NCBI GenBank assembly: GCA_019358915.1
Contig: JAHHIM010000073.1
Location: forward strand, 1-64,000
DNA from: Trichormus sp. ATA11-4-KO1
GTDB taxonomy: Bacteria > Cyanobacteriota > Cyanobacteriia > Cyanobacteriales > Nostocaceae
Direction of reading: 5' to 3'
Length of the DNA: 64,000 nt
Part shown: positions 9,310-19,747 of the stretch, piece after piece
How the letters are laid out: each line of letters starts with the position of its first letter
How positions within the stretch are numbered: position 1 is the first letter of the stretch
The notes under the pieces: model-generated
What the model was told of the DNA's origin: nothing
Seen by the model: only the letters and a program-made list of their open reading frames with translations
The model's database searches: none
Made by a program: the position numbers and the translations under genes

Positions 9310-10775
9310 TTGATTACGATATCGTGATTATTGGTGGCAGTCTTGCCGGACGCTACGCTGCCTTCGCTGCAACCCAACTACGGGCTACAGTTGCCTTGGT
9401 AGAAACACAAGTAAATTATGGATTTGCTCAACACCGAGCTATGAGCGAAATTGGCAAACTCGCCCATAATCTGAGTGATACGGCTGGCTTTGGCATTCAT
9501 ACAACCCAAGCTGATACCTCAGAGAAATGCCAAATATCTGTGGCATGGCCAGAAGCAAAGCTGTATACTCACAGCGTTGTCTCGAATATTCAAGAACAGA
9601 ATTCTCCTGCTAATCTAGCCGCACTAGGTGTAGATGTGATTATTGGCAGTGGTCAATTTCAATCTATGGCTACGCCACGCAAGCCGCCCCACTTAGCATT
9701 TTCTGTGAATGAACGCCTGTTACGAGCGCGCACTTATTTACTAGCTAGCGGTTCCCGTCCCGCAATTCCAGATATTAACGGATTACAAACCACTGGTTAC
9801 TTGACCTTATCGAATATTTGGCAGTCTCTCAATCAACCAACCTTACCTAAAAATTGGGTAATTATTGGCGGCGTTCCCCAAAGTATCGAAGTAGCTCAAA
9901 TTCTGGCGCGGTTCGGTTGTCATGTGACGCTGGTAGTCAAGTATCCCTCTATTCTGCCCTACGCTGACCCAGAGATAGCCCATCTATTGCAAGCACAGTT
10001 GGAAGTTGATGGTATCCGTATCCTCACCCAAAAATCAGTAACTCAAGTCAAGCTCATTGAAGATAAAAAATGGATTCAGGCAGGGGATAAGGCAATTGAA
10101 ACTGATGAAATTTTAGTAGCAACTGGACAACAACCCAATATTGAATCTCTAAATTTGGCTGCGGTAGGGGTGAAATGGCGTCAGGGTCGCCTAATTGTCA
10201 ATGACAAACTGCAAACCACTAACCGCCGAATTTACGCCTGTGGTGATGTAATTGGTGGTTATGATTTTGCCAATGTTGCTAATTATGAAGCCAGAATCGC
10301 TGTAAAAAATGCACTCTTGTTTCCCAGACTTTCAGTCAAGTATCAGTGCGTTCCTTGGGCACTATTTTCTCATCCCATGTTGGCAGAAGTAGGTTTAACA
10401 GAAGCGCAGGCAAAACGCCAATTTAGACAAGATGAAGTTTTAGTTTTACGGCAATATTATAAATCAGTAGCAGCAGCTCAATTGCGGGACGAAACCACAG
10501 GTATCTGTAAATTAATTGTGCTACGCAATGGGGAAATTTTGGGAGCTGCCATATTAGGTGCAGAAGCTGGAGAATTAATTAATTTAATTGCTTTGGCTAT
10601 ATCCCAAAAAATTTCAGTTAAGCATTTAGCAAATTTATCTCCTGCCTATCCTGGCTTCTCAGAAATTATTGCACAAACTGCAAGGGAGTGGAGTAAGCAA
10701 AATTTGCATAATAACATTGCTTTACAAGACTTTCTGGAAGGTTTCTTCTATTTTCGCCGCAATTGGAATTTGTAA
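9303..10775 (+). CDS. Pyridine nucleotide-disulfide oxidoreductase family protein (LpdA/MerA-like, degenerate active site)
   Basis: [23 protein letters not shown] and LAEVGLTE motifs plus a dimerisation domain; no CxxxxC. Confidence 0.8.
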   Translation: MTIDYDIVIIGGSLAGRYAAFAATQLRATVALVETQVNYGFAQHRAMSEIGKLAHNLSDTAGFGIHTTQADTSEKCQISVAWPEAKLYTHSVVSNIQEQNSPANLAALGVDVIIGSGQFQSMATPRKPPHLAFSVNERLLRARTYLLASGSRPAIPDINGLQTTGYLTLSNIWQSLNQPTLPKNWVIIGGVPQSIEVAQILARFGCHVTLVVKYPSILPYADPEIAHLLQAQLEVDGIRILTQKSVTQVKLIEDKKWIQAGDKAIETDEILVATGQQPNIESLNLAAVGVKWRQGRLIVNDKLQTTNRRIYACGDVIGGYDFANVANYEARIAVKNALLFPRLSVKYQCVPWALFSHPMLAEVGLTEAQAKRQFRQDEVLVLRQYYKSVAAAQLRDETTGICKLIVLRNGEILGAAILGAEAGELINLIALAISQKISVKHLANLSPAYPGFSEIIAQTAREWSKQNLHNNIALQDFLEGFFYFRRNWNL

Positions 10776-10849
10776 AGACTGGGGAATAAAGAGTGGGAAA
10801 TTATTGGGCAGAAACTTCCCCTCTGCCTCTTCCGTATCCCCTGCCAAAA

Positions 10850-11569
10850 TTAGGAAAAACTCTGCATCACTCCCCATATCGTCCCAGTTGCGACCAATGG
10901 GACACTGAGATTATCTGTACCGTGAGGTGAAACAGCTTCAGCTAGGGTGGCAACAACAGCAGTGACTAACGCGATTAATAACGCCCGTTCTGTACCAATA
11001 CTCACTGCTAGCGGACTAAGTGATGAACCAGGTAATAACAGCAGCACCAGGAACATCACTGTTGTACTTGCTACAAACATCACTGCTGAACCTTCCCAAG
11101 AACGTACAGAATCTCCTATTTGGTATTGATGCTGCCCAAAGCGCCTGCCAATTAATGCTGCCAGTGCATCTCCCCAGGTCATTGCCATCACTCCAGCTAC
11201 AGCAATGGGGGCGTTGTCTATTGGGCCGTCTGGTCGCCAAAGTAACCCAAATAGCAGCGTTACGGAAATTGCAAAATAGATTGTACCGGGTGAACTGTCT
11301 TCTGTATCCATTGCACCAATCACCCGGTAGCGGTAAAACAGGTAATTGAGTCCAATAAATGTGGTAAAGGGTAAAATACCGATTTCCCAATGATTAAACA
11401 GCAGTAGTATACCAAAAACCCACATCCCTGCACCGATATGGATGATCTTGCGGGTTAAATCCGGCTTTACACCAAACCGCCTACGTAGTCCTTCACCAAA
11501 GACAAGCAGACTGCTAGCGTAAGTATAGGAAGCTGCTAGACCAATCAAATCGCTGTTAGTCATCACCAA
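10850..11569 (-). CDS. Phytol/dolichol kinase-like CTP-dependent polyprenol kinase
   Basis: TRKIIHIG, WGDALAALIG, RSWEGS and DNLSVPL motifs; multiple TM helices. Confidence 0.85.
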   Translation of the reverse strand: MVMTNSDLIGLAASYTYASSLLVFGEGLRRRFGVKPDLTRKIIHIGAGMWVFGILLLFNHWEIGILPFTTFIGLNYLFYRYRVIGAMDTEDSSPGTIYFAISVTLLFGLLWRPDGPIDNAPIAVAGVMAMTWGDALAALIGRRFGQHQYQIGDSVRSWEGSAVMFVASTTVMFLVLLLLPGSSLSPLAVSIGTERALLIALVTAVVATLAEAVSPHGTDNLSVPLVATGTIWGVMQSFS

Positions 11570-11829
11570 AATAGTGCTAAGTGCTGAGTAAAAAGTAATA
11601 ATTAACTACACTCAGCATATAGGATTTGAAGCCCCTAAATTTATTTATGAAAACAGGTAAAAACATTTTTTTCGAGACACGCAGTGCCAGAAAAAATGTG
11701 TCCTTATTTCAATCCCCTAGTTTTAACTATGGGGTTGCACTCAGCACTCAGCACTCAGCACTTTCAACTCAGCACTACTGAATTTTTTGGTATTGAGTCA
11801 CAGATATTTTCTACTCTCCCTATTTCCCT

Positions 11830-13614
11830 TTACTTAGGTCGCTCACCATTTCGCTTGAAATTCTTGTCTGCTAAGGAAACACTGCCAATCCCTTGGAGAA
11901 TACCACGACCGATTAAACCCAAACCCCTACCGATTACTTTAGTGAGAATGAAGACAATCCCACTGCCGACAAAAGCTAATAGAGATTGTAAACGAGGGGC
12001 GATCGCATCCTGAAATTCTAGTATCAGTGTCACTACTAAAGGAATTCCTGAAAGTTGTGCTAATTCCTGACTACGGGGAGCATAAATCGATATGTTGGCA
12101 ATACCGCGAGGCGCTAATACAAATAGCTCATAGCTGCTTTCAAAAATTGCTTTTGGTTCATTGATATATTTATGTAAACGATATTTCCATGACAGCTCAT
12201 TACGAAAGCGTTCAATCTCTCGTGTGGAAATTAATCTGCGGTCATAAAAGTTCTGCTTAATTGCTTCTACATCTGCTAAATTATCGAGTAGTGGCTGCAC
12301 TACACCATTTGCCACCTGAATCAACAAATTCTCCAAAATCATTAATGCCTGTGATTTAGCTTCAGAACTACCGACTGGGTAAGAGGTATTATCAATTTGC
12401 AAATCTGTTTGAAATAGCAAATAGGAAAATAATTCAACAACTAAGGGAATTTTATTGAGAATATCTTTTTGGATAACTCGCTCATTTTGCCGCAATAATT
12501 TTACAATTTCTATATTCTGCTGACCTACTTGCACCCGTGAAAATTTACCAAAAAAATCCGTAATCGCAGCTTGCCATAATTCATATAATATAGTCGGCTT
12601 CAAACTTTCTAATTGCTTAATTGTGATGGGAGCAACGCGCAATTCATCTAGTTGTTGAGCCAGTTTTTGGAGAATTAGGTAAAGTAATTCTCGTTTTTTA
12701 GCTTCACGAAAAATGTCAATTTCTAAAGCAACGTCAGTAACATTTTGTAAAGGGAATTGCAATTTTGTGACACATAATGAAAATACTTCAGATTGCAGCG
12801 ATCGCGGGCTAAGTAGAGGCGGCGAATTTGGCTGCTGTGGGATAATGGCATTACTTGGAACAACAAATGGTTCTTGACTAGAGGGGATAAAATCTTCTTG
12901 CTCTTTCTGTTGTTTTTCTTGTGGTAAAACCAATAACCAAGCAAGCAACCGATGAGCTGCCAGCAATTCTCTGCGTTGACCAGCGAGAACTGCTCGCTCG
13001 ATTAATGGCAATCCGGGGATTTGTAATCGCCCTGTAACTTCGGCTAAGGCGGCATCAATGTAGCCAATTCCTGACAAATACCAATTTCGTCGTAGCCTAG
13101 CCAAAGGAAGTGCTGAGTGAGGAATTCTTGTCTTGATTTGCCCCTTATCTTCAGAGGTGTTCCTAAGTTCCCCATCGCTTTGTTTTTCGGCAAACCAATA
13201 AGAGCCACCATCGGCAACTTCTTCCATGGCAGAGATTAACTCGGCCAGAGGAGTGCCTTTAGGACAGTAGCCATTGACACCAGCCGCCCTGACTGCTAAC
13301 AATAATCCTGGTTCTTGGACAGAACTGAGCAAGAAAACTGGTAATTTGGGATATTGGGTTTTCAGTTGTTGGCAGAGTTGTAACCCTTGCTGCTGACTGG
13401 AAATAGAGCGACCATTGCCTAATTCTAAAACTACCAAATTGATTTGGTTGGGGTCTTGTTGGGCGAGTTCTGCTAGGATTTGCAAGGCCGTTGTATCTGT
13501 TTCGGCTTCCGCTACTACTTGGATGTGAGGCAGTGTTTCCAAAGCTACTCGCAGTCCTAGCCGGAAGATGGGGTCTTGGTCAATTAACAATATTCTTAGA
13601 GGTTGTTCGCTCAT
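11830..13614 (-). CDS. ycf55: Ycf55-like protein (pseudo-receiver domain + DUF3685)
   Basis: N-terminal receiver fold (LLIDQDPIFRLGL...GYCPKG); C-terminal STREIERFRNELSW and PKAIFES motifs. Confidence 0.8.
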   Translation of the reverse strand: MSEQPLRILLIDQDPIFRLGLRVALETLPHIQVVAEAETDTTALQILAELAQQDPNQINLVVLELGNGRSISSQQQGLQLCQQLKTQYPKLPVFLLSSVQEPGLLLAVRAAGVNGYCPKGTPLAELISAMEEVADGGSYWFAEKQSDGELRNTSEDKGQIKTRIPHSALPLARLRRNWYLSGIGYIDAALAEVTGRLQIPGLPLIERAVLAGQRRELLAAHRLLAWLLVLPQEKQQKEQEDFIPSSQEPFVVPSNAIIPQQPNSPPLLSPRSLQSEVFSLCVTKLQFPLQNVTDVALEIDIFREAKKRELLYLILQKLAQQLDELRVAPITIKQLESLKPTILYELWQAAITDFFGKFSRVQVGQQNIEIVKLLRQNERVIQKDILNKIPLVVELFSYLLFQTDLQIDNTSYPVGSSEAKSQALMILENLLIQVANGVVQPLLDNLADVEAIKQNFYDRRLISTREIERFRNELSWKYRLHKYINEPKAIFESSYELFVLAPRGIANISIYAPRSQELAQLSGIPLVVTLILEFQDAIAPRLQSLLAFVGSGIVFILTKVIGRGLGLIGRGILQGIGSVSLADKNFKRNGERPK

Positions 13615-13758
13615 AGTCTGAACAAATACACAAGGCCTGTTTTTTCAAATCAGAAAACAGCTTTGATGCTAAACTTAGTCCTCCCCATTGTTACCTGTTT
13701 TCGCCACCTGAATAAATGGATGATAATTGCCATAGGCGGCTATTCACCATGTAATTAA

Positions 13759-16665
13759 ATGAACTTCAGTATTCGGCATTGGCTGGCAGAACGCTATATC
13801 GAAATCAATCAAATCAGAAAATTTTCAGTTGGGCAATTGACAGGCATTGCCTACCGTATTATTCATGATATGGAAGTAAAAAGCTTCATGCCGCTTGACA
13901 TCTGTACTTTAACAGAGGTTTTAGAACTACCGTTAGGCGTTGTTAGAGAAGACATCGCTGTAATTGCTTTATTGACAGAAAACCTGTTGCGTAGTCTCAG
14001 CCAAAAAAAAGCTCTAAAACGTAATGAGGGTACATGGCTAGCGTTTCAAATTGCCTATCTCCAGTCTTTGCAACAAGTTGTAGAGCAGGAAGAAAGCCTG
14101 CAAAGACCTTGGCTAAATCGTGCGATGATACCATCCCCAGCACAATTAGTGAAGGAGGTAATCGGCATCACCCTCCAAGATGTCCAACTGCAAGGATTGC
14201 TGAAAACTCTCAGTCCTGGGAAACTAACTGACACTCAAGCTGAACAAGCTCTTTCTTTGGTAGCAGATTCATTACTAGTGCAACAGATGAATCATGCCAC
14301 TGTAGCTTGGTTTGTTGCTAATGGGGCGGAGGAACCAGAAGCCAAACTGTTAACCCAGCGTTTAGTACATGCACTCCCCGGACATCTGCTAAAAGTCATT
14401 GCTCACAATGCCTTGCCTTTAGCTCAACTGCAAAAGTTTTTCCGGTTAGGAAATACCGGGTCTACTGTAGATCACACAATTGACCTTCAACGGGAAGATT
14501 ACCGAGCCAGTTTGCTCCAAGCTCTTAGTATACCTATGCTGATGGAATGCTTTGCCTTGAAGGATATCTACGTTCCGCTTACAGGTTTACCACAAGAGGT
14601 TAGTTATGCAAAGCCATCTCAAGTTGATTTAAAAATATGGGCGCAGCAACAACTGGATGATTCAGAAACAATTGCTGTGATTGAATCTGAACCTGGCTAT
14701 GGTAAAACTAGTTTTTGCCACATGTGGGCAGCACAGGTAGCACTAGAACTTTACCCGACTTGGATGCCAATAGTCATACAGTTGCGGGATATAAAATATG
14801 GCAATAATTTAACTGAAACGCTGAATTTTGGGTTTTCTTTAAATTCTCAGACTAACCTTACCAATTGGCTGGAACAAGAACATCCGCGATGTCTGTTGCT
14901 ACTTGACGGTTTAGATGAACTTCCACCTTGTAGTCAAGGTAACAGAGCAAAGGCAATATTTATGCAGCAGTTACTGAAATTTCAATCTGAACGCCGTCAT
15001 AAGATTGTGTTGACTAGTAGAATAGCCAGCTTTCAGGAATTCGCCCCAGAAATATCACTGCAATTGAAACGAATTGTCATTCAGCCATTGGCGCTGGAGG
15101 AGCTAAAACAATGGTTTCAGAAATGGGCAATGGTACAATCTTTGCCGATTGCCCAAAACTTTTTTACATTTTTAAAGCAAGCGGGGTTATTTAATAGCCA
15201 ATCTCAATCACCGGAATTTTCTGCTCTTGTCCGCCAACCTCTGATGCTGTATTTGTTAGGAGTTTTACACCGTGACGGATTACTAGATGAGCAGATATTA
15301 CAATTAGCTACCAACAGCCACTTATGGGAAATTCATCATCGCCTGAGTCGATGGTTATTAGGCTATCCCTTAACTGGCCGTATCAAGACGATGTTACTGC
15401 GATCAGGTTCGGCTCATATCCACCGAACACAAGAAGCGATCGCTAATTTACTTTCTGGTCGTCATCCCCAAGATTTAATCAGAAAAATGCAAGCGATCGC
15501 CTTACAAATTTTACATAGCGATCGCCATCAAATTACTTTGGCTGAAGAATCAAATCCTCATACCCTCCCAGCCTTTTATTTTAAAACTAGCTCAACTTCT
15601 TTATCCCAGACTGAATTTTCTCACCCCAAATTAGGGGAATACCTCTGTGCAGAAGCTATTGCTGAGCAACTGCAAATCCTCACTCAACAGCAAGAGGATG
15701 TTTACGGTACGCTCACCTTTATACTGGAATCTCCCAGCAGAGTGGCCCAGCATATCTACAATTTACTTGGTTATGGCGTTCTCAGTCAGGAAATAGTCGA
15801 AATGGCGATCGCGGCGTTAAGACACAAGCAAAGCAGCAATTTTTCCTTTGAAGTTTTCATCCAACGTCTTGAATCTTTCTGGCATGTCTACTGTCAAGGT
15901 CGTTGGTTAGATGAAGGAATGGGACATAAAGCTTTAAGTTATTATCACGCACTGCACAACCCTGTAAATATCGAGCAGGTAAATGCTGCGGTGGGAGTGA
16001 ATGTATTTGTCTTGCTTTGTGCTTGCTACCGCGAAATCAAAGCCGCTTTTTGCCCTTGTGGCAATCCAGCCAATCTGGCAGAATTCTATCCTGAAGCCCT
16101 GCTGATATTAATTGCTAAAGTAGCAGTATTGTCAAATAGCGCCTTCATCAAGCGAATCCTCTCCCAATCCCTAACTGGACTCAACCTCTCAGGAGCATCT
16201 TTGGCACAAGTGATGTTAATTGGTGCCAATCTTGAACAGACTAATTTATCAGATGCAGCATTGATGGGGGCAAATTTGGCTGGTGCAAACCTGACTGGTG
16301 CAAACCTGACTGGTGCAAACCTGGCTGGTGCAAACCTCACCGGAGTGAATCTTCACACTGTCAATCTCACGAATGCTTGCTTATTTGATGCCGTCCTAGC
16401 TGATGCTGACCGAAAAACTGCTACACTCCATGGTGCTTTGTTCTCCCTAGAGCAATATCACACCCTGAAAGGAGTATTATCGCAGCAATCCTTGCCGGGT
16501 GTTTCTCATCATATGGGCAGCACAAAACTTTGGGTTCACAATCCTGCCGATATGAGGCTGATTGAAAGCTTAGAAGGTGAACCAATTTCGACAAGGGATT
16601 TATATGATGATGACGAGGATGAAACGGTTTTTAACCCTCACTCCCATGATGATGAGGATGATTAA
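13759..16665 (+). CDS. NACHT NTPase with C-terminal pentapeptide repeats
   Basis: Walker A ESEPGYGKTS, Walker B LLLLDGLDE, IVLTSR, QPLMLYLL and EFSHPKLGEY motifs; A(N)L(T/A)G repeats; acidic tail. Confidence 0.85.
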   Translation: MNFSIRHWLAERYIEINQIRKFSVGQLTGIAYRIIHDMEVKSFMPLDICTLTEVLELPLGVVREDIAVIALLTENLLRSLSQKKALKRNEGTWLAFQIAYLQSLQQVVEQEESLQRPWLNRAMIPSPAQLVKEVIGITLQDVQLQGLLKTLSPGKLTDTQAEQALSLVADSLLVQQMNHATVAWFVANGAEEPEAKLLTQRLVHALPGHLLKVIAHNALPLAQLQKFFRLGNTGSTVDHTIDLQREDYRASLLQALSIPMLMECFALKDIYVPLTGLPQEVSYAKPSQVDLKIWAQQQLDDSETIAVIESEPGYGKTSFCHMWAAQVALELYPTWMPIVIQLRDIKYGNNLTETLNFGFSLNSQTNLTNWLEQEHPRCLLLLDGLDELPPCSQGNRAKAIFMQQLLKFQSERRHKIVLTSRIASFQEFAPEISLQLKRIVIQPLALEELKQWFQKWAMVQSLPIAQNFFTFLKQAGLFNSQSQSPEFSALVRQPLMLYLLGVLHRDGLLDEQILQLATNSHLWEIHHRLSRWLLGYPLTGRIKTMLLRSGSAHIHRTQEAIANLLSGRHPQDLIRKMQAIALQILHSDRHQITLAEESNPHTLPAFYFKTSSTSLSQTEFSHPKLGEYLCAEAIAEQLQILTQQQEDVYGTLTFILESPSRVAQHIYNLLGYGVLSQEIVEMAIAALRHKQSSNFSFEVFIQRLESFWHVYCQGRWLDEGMGHKALSYYHALHNPVNIEQVNAAVGVNVFVLLCACYREIKAAFCPCGNPANLAEFYPEALLILIAKVAVLSNSAFIKRILSQSLTGLNLSGASLAQVMLIGANLEQTNLSDAALMGANLAGANLTGANLTGANLAGANLTGVNLHTVNLTNACLFDAVLADADRKTATLHGALFSLEQYHTLKGVLSQQSLPGVSHHMGSTKLWVHNPADMRLIESLEGEPISTRDLYDDDEDETVFNPHSHDDEDD

Positions 16666-16754
16666 CTAGTACCCCTACGCGGAAAGAAAAAGCTTTTATT
16701 AAGAGGATTTGAGCGGTTTGGAATGAATAGTTTATTGCCGTCGTGCTGTACTAG
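16666..16754. mobile_element. Small MITE-like element bounded by CTAGTAC/GTACTAG
   Basis: Inverted termini at the NACHT gene stop; right end GCCGTCGTGCTGTACTAG. Confidence 0.4.
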
Positions 16755-16800
16755 GTTACGAGAGGGAGTAGAGAGTGGAAACAGAGATTTAGTATTTTTT

Positions 16801-16855
16801 ACTCAGCACTCCCCTTCGACTTCGCTCAGGGCCAGCGCACTCAGCACTCAGCACT
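16801..16855. repeat. STRR (CACTCAG)n interrupted by CCCCTTCGACTTCGCTCAGGGC
   Basis: The same 22-nt insert occurs in the same heptamer context at 25521-25542. Confidence 0.85.
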
Positions 16856-17296
16856 GTCCTGTGAATTACGGTAACCATAAAAGTTAATACTATATTCAGT
16901 AATCCGCACTCCCGTTTTTTGTTCAACTTGACGGATAAATTCTTCTGGCAGTTCTACATGAACATCAAGAATTTGATTGGTATCAATACAGTTGACATGA
17001 CTATGGGAATCACTGATGTTGCCGTATAAACGCCCGTCACAGCGTTCAATACATTCAATGATACCTTGACTGGATAAAGCTTCTAAATTTTGATAAACAG
17101 AAGTATGACCAATATCTTTCCCTTGCTGGTTTAAGCGATCGTAAATCTCTCTAGCAGAAAGATGTTCATTTGCTTGCCACAGTAGTTCTAGAATAAAACG
17201 ACGCTGGCGGCTAACGCGCATACCCAACAGTTGACACCGCTCAAGGGCATCTTCTAAGGAACGAATTGGTTTTGTCGATATTGCTGGTTTTTGCAT
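16841..17296 (-). CDS. furC: Fur-family regulator FurC (PerR orthologue)
   Basis: EHLSAREIY, HTSVYQNL and DSHSHVNC motifs; recognisably the Nostocales FurC sequence (IRSLEDALERCQLLGMRVSRQRR). Confidence 0.88.
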   Translation of the reverse strand: MQKPAISTKPIRSLEDALERCQLLGMRVSRQRRFILELLWQANEHLSAREIYDRLNQQGKDIGHTSVYQNLEALSSQGIIECIERCDGRLYGNISDSHSHVNCIDTNQILDVHVELPEEFIRQVEQKTGVRITEYSINFYGYRNSQDSAEC

Positions 17297-17730
17297 AGTT
17301 AAGTTTGTTAACTATTGGGGAAATTTTCCCGTTTTAATGTTTATTAGTTATTTTGGTATCTCATGATGTTTGTTATACGCAGCTATTGTGCCCCTAATTG
17401 TATGGCTGCTAAATTCACAGTCTGAGGTGACAGTTTTGATTGCTTGTTGACGATTGCTTGACCACACCTTAATCTAAAACAAACTCATTACAACTTTAAC
17501 TTAAAATTGCTGAGAATGTCCACCTGTGGACAGGTGTTATGTCTGCCAGAGTGGTTTTGGGGGACAAGGGGACAAGAGAGCAAAACTTTCTCCCCATCCC
17601 CCCATCCTCCCCTCACTCCCTCATCTCCCCATCTCCAGATGACCCGATAAATGTAGCATCAATCCCTGAAAGCTGGTACTGTGGATTCTCGATCCTACTG
17701 TTGAGCATAACTAAAGTTCTTGCTGAGTCA

Positions 17731-18204
17731 ATGACAATCACCATCGCACTCGATACTGACACTATTAACAATCTGGATCTTTCACCCGCGTTAACGGTGA
17801 TTGACCAACTGCTGCAAGAGGGAGCCGCATCCCATGAACAGCAGCTATGCTTTGATATTAACTATTCCTTGGAACCTAGTGATCCTCGTGAATTTTCCGA
17901 AATTCCCGAGTTACGGCTGTGGTTTGTGCGTTTGGATGCCAAATATCCCTGGTTACCATTTTTACTAGACTGGAAATCGGGAGAATTTGCCCGTTACACT
18001 GCCATGCTTGTACCACACCAGTTCAGTACCAAAGAAGGTATTCAATATAATCCAGAGGCTTTAGAAATATTTCTCATGCACAAAATTTTTATTTTAGGTG
18101 ATTGGTTACAACAGCAAGGTATCCCCAGTCAATCGCGGTTAAAGTCTATGGCGCAAATGCTGGGTTATGAGTTGGATGATGCCTTTTTTGAAATATTTGC
18201 ATAG
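17731..18204 (+). CDS. CRR6-family NDH-1 (NdhI) maturation factor (DUF1817)
   Basis: DPREFSEIPELRLWFVRLDAKYPWLP and RYTAMLVPHQF motifs. Start moved to ATG 17731 because the upstream extension is repeat-derived. Confidence 0.8.
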   Translation: MTITIALDTDTINNLDLSPALTVIDQLLQEGAASHEQQLCFDINYSLEPSDPREFSEIPELRLWFVRLDAKYPWLPFLLDWKSGEFARYTAMLVPHQFSTKEGIQYNPEALEIFLMHKIFILGDWLQQQGIPSQSRLKSMAQMLGYELDDAFFEIFA

Positions 18205-18274
18205 GTATTTGTCTCTATTCTCACCGCCGAAAGGAAAATAACTTCCATGACTTAACCATGTATATACACAATGT

Positions 18275-18439
18275 ATGGAGATTGCTCGACTCAGCACAAC
18301 GCTGGGAGCGGACATGATCATATCGAGTCGCTCAAAAGGTATACGCGCCTCACTTCCAGAGGGTATAACCGCTTACGTTGCCAATGCTACGATCGCGCAG
18401 GAAGCTGCCCAACTCGATACATATGCATTTGAATTGTGA
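18275..18439 (+). pseudogene. Possible short-chain dehydrogenase N-terminal fragment
   Basis: Own translation MEIARLSTTLGADMIISSRSKGIRASLPEGITAYVANAT... resembles the SDR betaA-alphaB-betaB region without the TGxxxGxG start. Confidence 0.35.
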
Positions 18440-18501
18440 TGCCGCGATCGCTTGTTGACATATGTCAATCTCACATTGAGAGTAGTCGAATTATGGCGAT
18501 T

Positions 18502-19128
18502 TTACCTGCCAGCCCTCAACACCTGTTCAGCCGTTAGTTTCAAATCTGGAAAGGTTAAAGAGAGGATGCTCTGATTGCCCCGAAGCTGTTGAATTTCATA
18601 CTCCCCATTCACTAGCGTACAGATAGAAAGGGTGGGTTGTTTGGGCTTCCCAATGTGTCGAGTCCCACCATTACCTGCATAGTCTGCAATCCAATATTCG
18701 GGAATTCCTAAAACCGCGTAGTCTTCGACCTTACGGGCATAATCATTTTGCCAGTTGCTACTCACTACTTCCGCCACAAGCTTAATCGAACTGCCCAGCG
18801 TCAGCATCGACTGGTTAGACCAAAGTAGTTCTTTGTTAAGTTCAGCTTGATCGACAACTACAACATCAGGTCGGAATGCTGTCATACTCATATGAGAAGG
18901 GCGCAATAGTCCCCGTTGAAGGACAAACCAAGGTAAGCTTTCTCTGTCAATCTGGACACAGATTTTTGCAGTAATAAAGGCTGCAACCTCTTCATGGAAG
19001 CCTGTTGGTTCCAAGTCGAATACCTCTCCATCAATCAGTTCATAGCGGTTATCGTCACCATAACGGGCGAGAAACTCGTCAAAACTGAGTGGCTTCTGTT
19101 GTATTGGTTGGTTGATGGCAATGGTCAT
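18502..19128 (-). CDS. Uma2-family (DUF820) PD-(D/E)xK endonuclease-like protein
   Basis: RYELIDG, RPDVVVV, LVAEVVS and KVEDYAVLGIPEYWIAD motifs. Confidence 0.9.
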   Translation of the reverse strand: MTIAINQPIQQKPLSFDEFLARYGDDNRYELIDGEVFDLEPTGFHEEVAAFITAKICVQIDRESLPWFVLQRGLLRPSHMSMTAFRPDVVVVDQAELNKELLWSNQSMLTLGSSIKLVAEVVSSNWQNDYARKVEDYAVLGIPEYWIADYAGNGGTRHIGKPKQPTLSICTLVNGEYEIQQLRGNQSILSLTFPDLKLTAEQVLRAGR

Positions 19129-19222
19129 AGGTCAACTTAGCCCAATCAATGCCTTCAGTCTATCAAATCGAATATTTGATGGATGTGTGACGGGTCAAAC
19201 TCCTGATATTAATGGATATTCT

Positions 19223-19308
19223 GCATAACGGTGAAGTTGTGCGGCGGCAGACAACCTCGAACACCTACCAGTAACCTCTGTACCGTCCACACCAACGCAG
19301 TGTTAGCT
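19223..19308 (-). mobile_element. attC-type integron cassette recombination site (86 bp)
   Basis: Minus strand: R'' AGCTAAC, 5-nt spacer ACTGC, L'' GTTGGTGT ... L' GCACAAC, 6-nt spacer TTCACC, R' GTTATGC. The left arm has two unpaired bases (G in L'', A in GGACGG against CCGCC). Confidence 0.8.
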
Positions 19309-19348
19309 GGCTTACCTCACAGATTATCTTCCAGCACGATTCAAGGGT

Positions 19349-19747
19349 TTATGGCTGAAAGCGAAGATTCTGGAGAGATCGCACCTGGGCAATAGTTTCA
19401 AAATCATGATCATTATGAACTAAAAGCAAATTATTTTCCAGTGCAGCTTGAGCAATACAACAATCAATTGGACTGCGAACGGTAAGTCCTTGGCGGCGCA
19501 AGTCATAATAAATACGGGCAGCTGCTTCCCAAGCGTGAGGGGCGAGTTCAACGTAACTTTGTACTTCGAGGTAAGTAGATAAAAGAGTCCACTCTTGCTC
19601 ATTTAAGCTCCCTTGCAACAATTCAAGCTGAGTGAACCGGGTGATACAAACCTCCTGATCTGCAATCAGGGTTTCAAGCTGCTGGCGCACTTGACCGCTG
19701 CGATCGCGAAACACGCCAATCCAAACCGATGTATCAATCAGCAGCAT
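19349..19747 (-). CDS. vapC: VapC PIN-domain toxin
   Basis: MLLIDTSVWI, ELLQG, IDCCIAQ and HNDHDF motifs; start ATG 19747 overlaps the vapB 3' end. Confidence 0.9.
   Translation of the reverse strand: MLLIDTSVWIGVFRDRSGQVRQQLETLIADQEVCITRFTQLELLQGSLNEQEWTLLSTYLEVQSYVELAPHAWEAAARIYYDLRRQGLTVRSPIDCCIAQAALENNLLLVHNDHDFETIAQVRSLQNLRFQP

Noticed and set aside
17539..17730. 64-aa N-terminal extension of the CRR6-like protein
   Set aside because: Encoded by a bipartite repeat and intergenic DNA; the family-like sequence starts at ATG 17731.
18455..18468. Perfect palindrome TTGACATATGTCAA
   Set aside because: Single copy between convergent remnants with no assignable target; could be chance.
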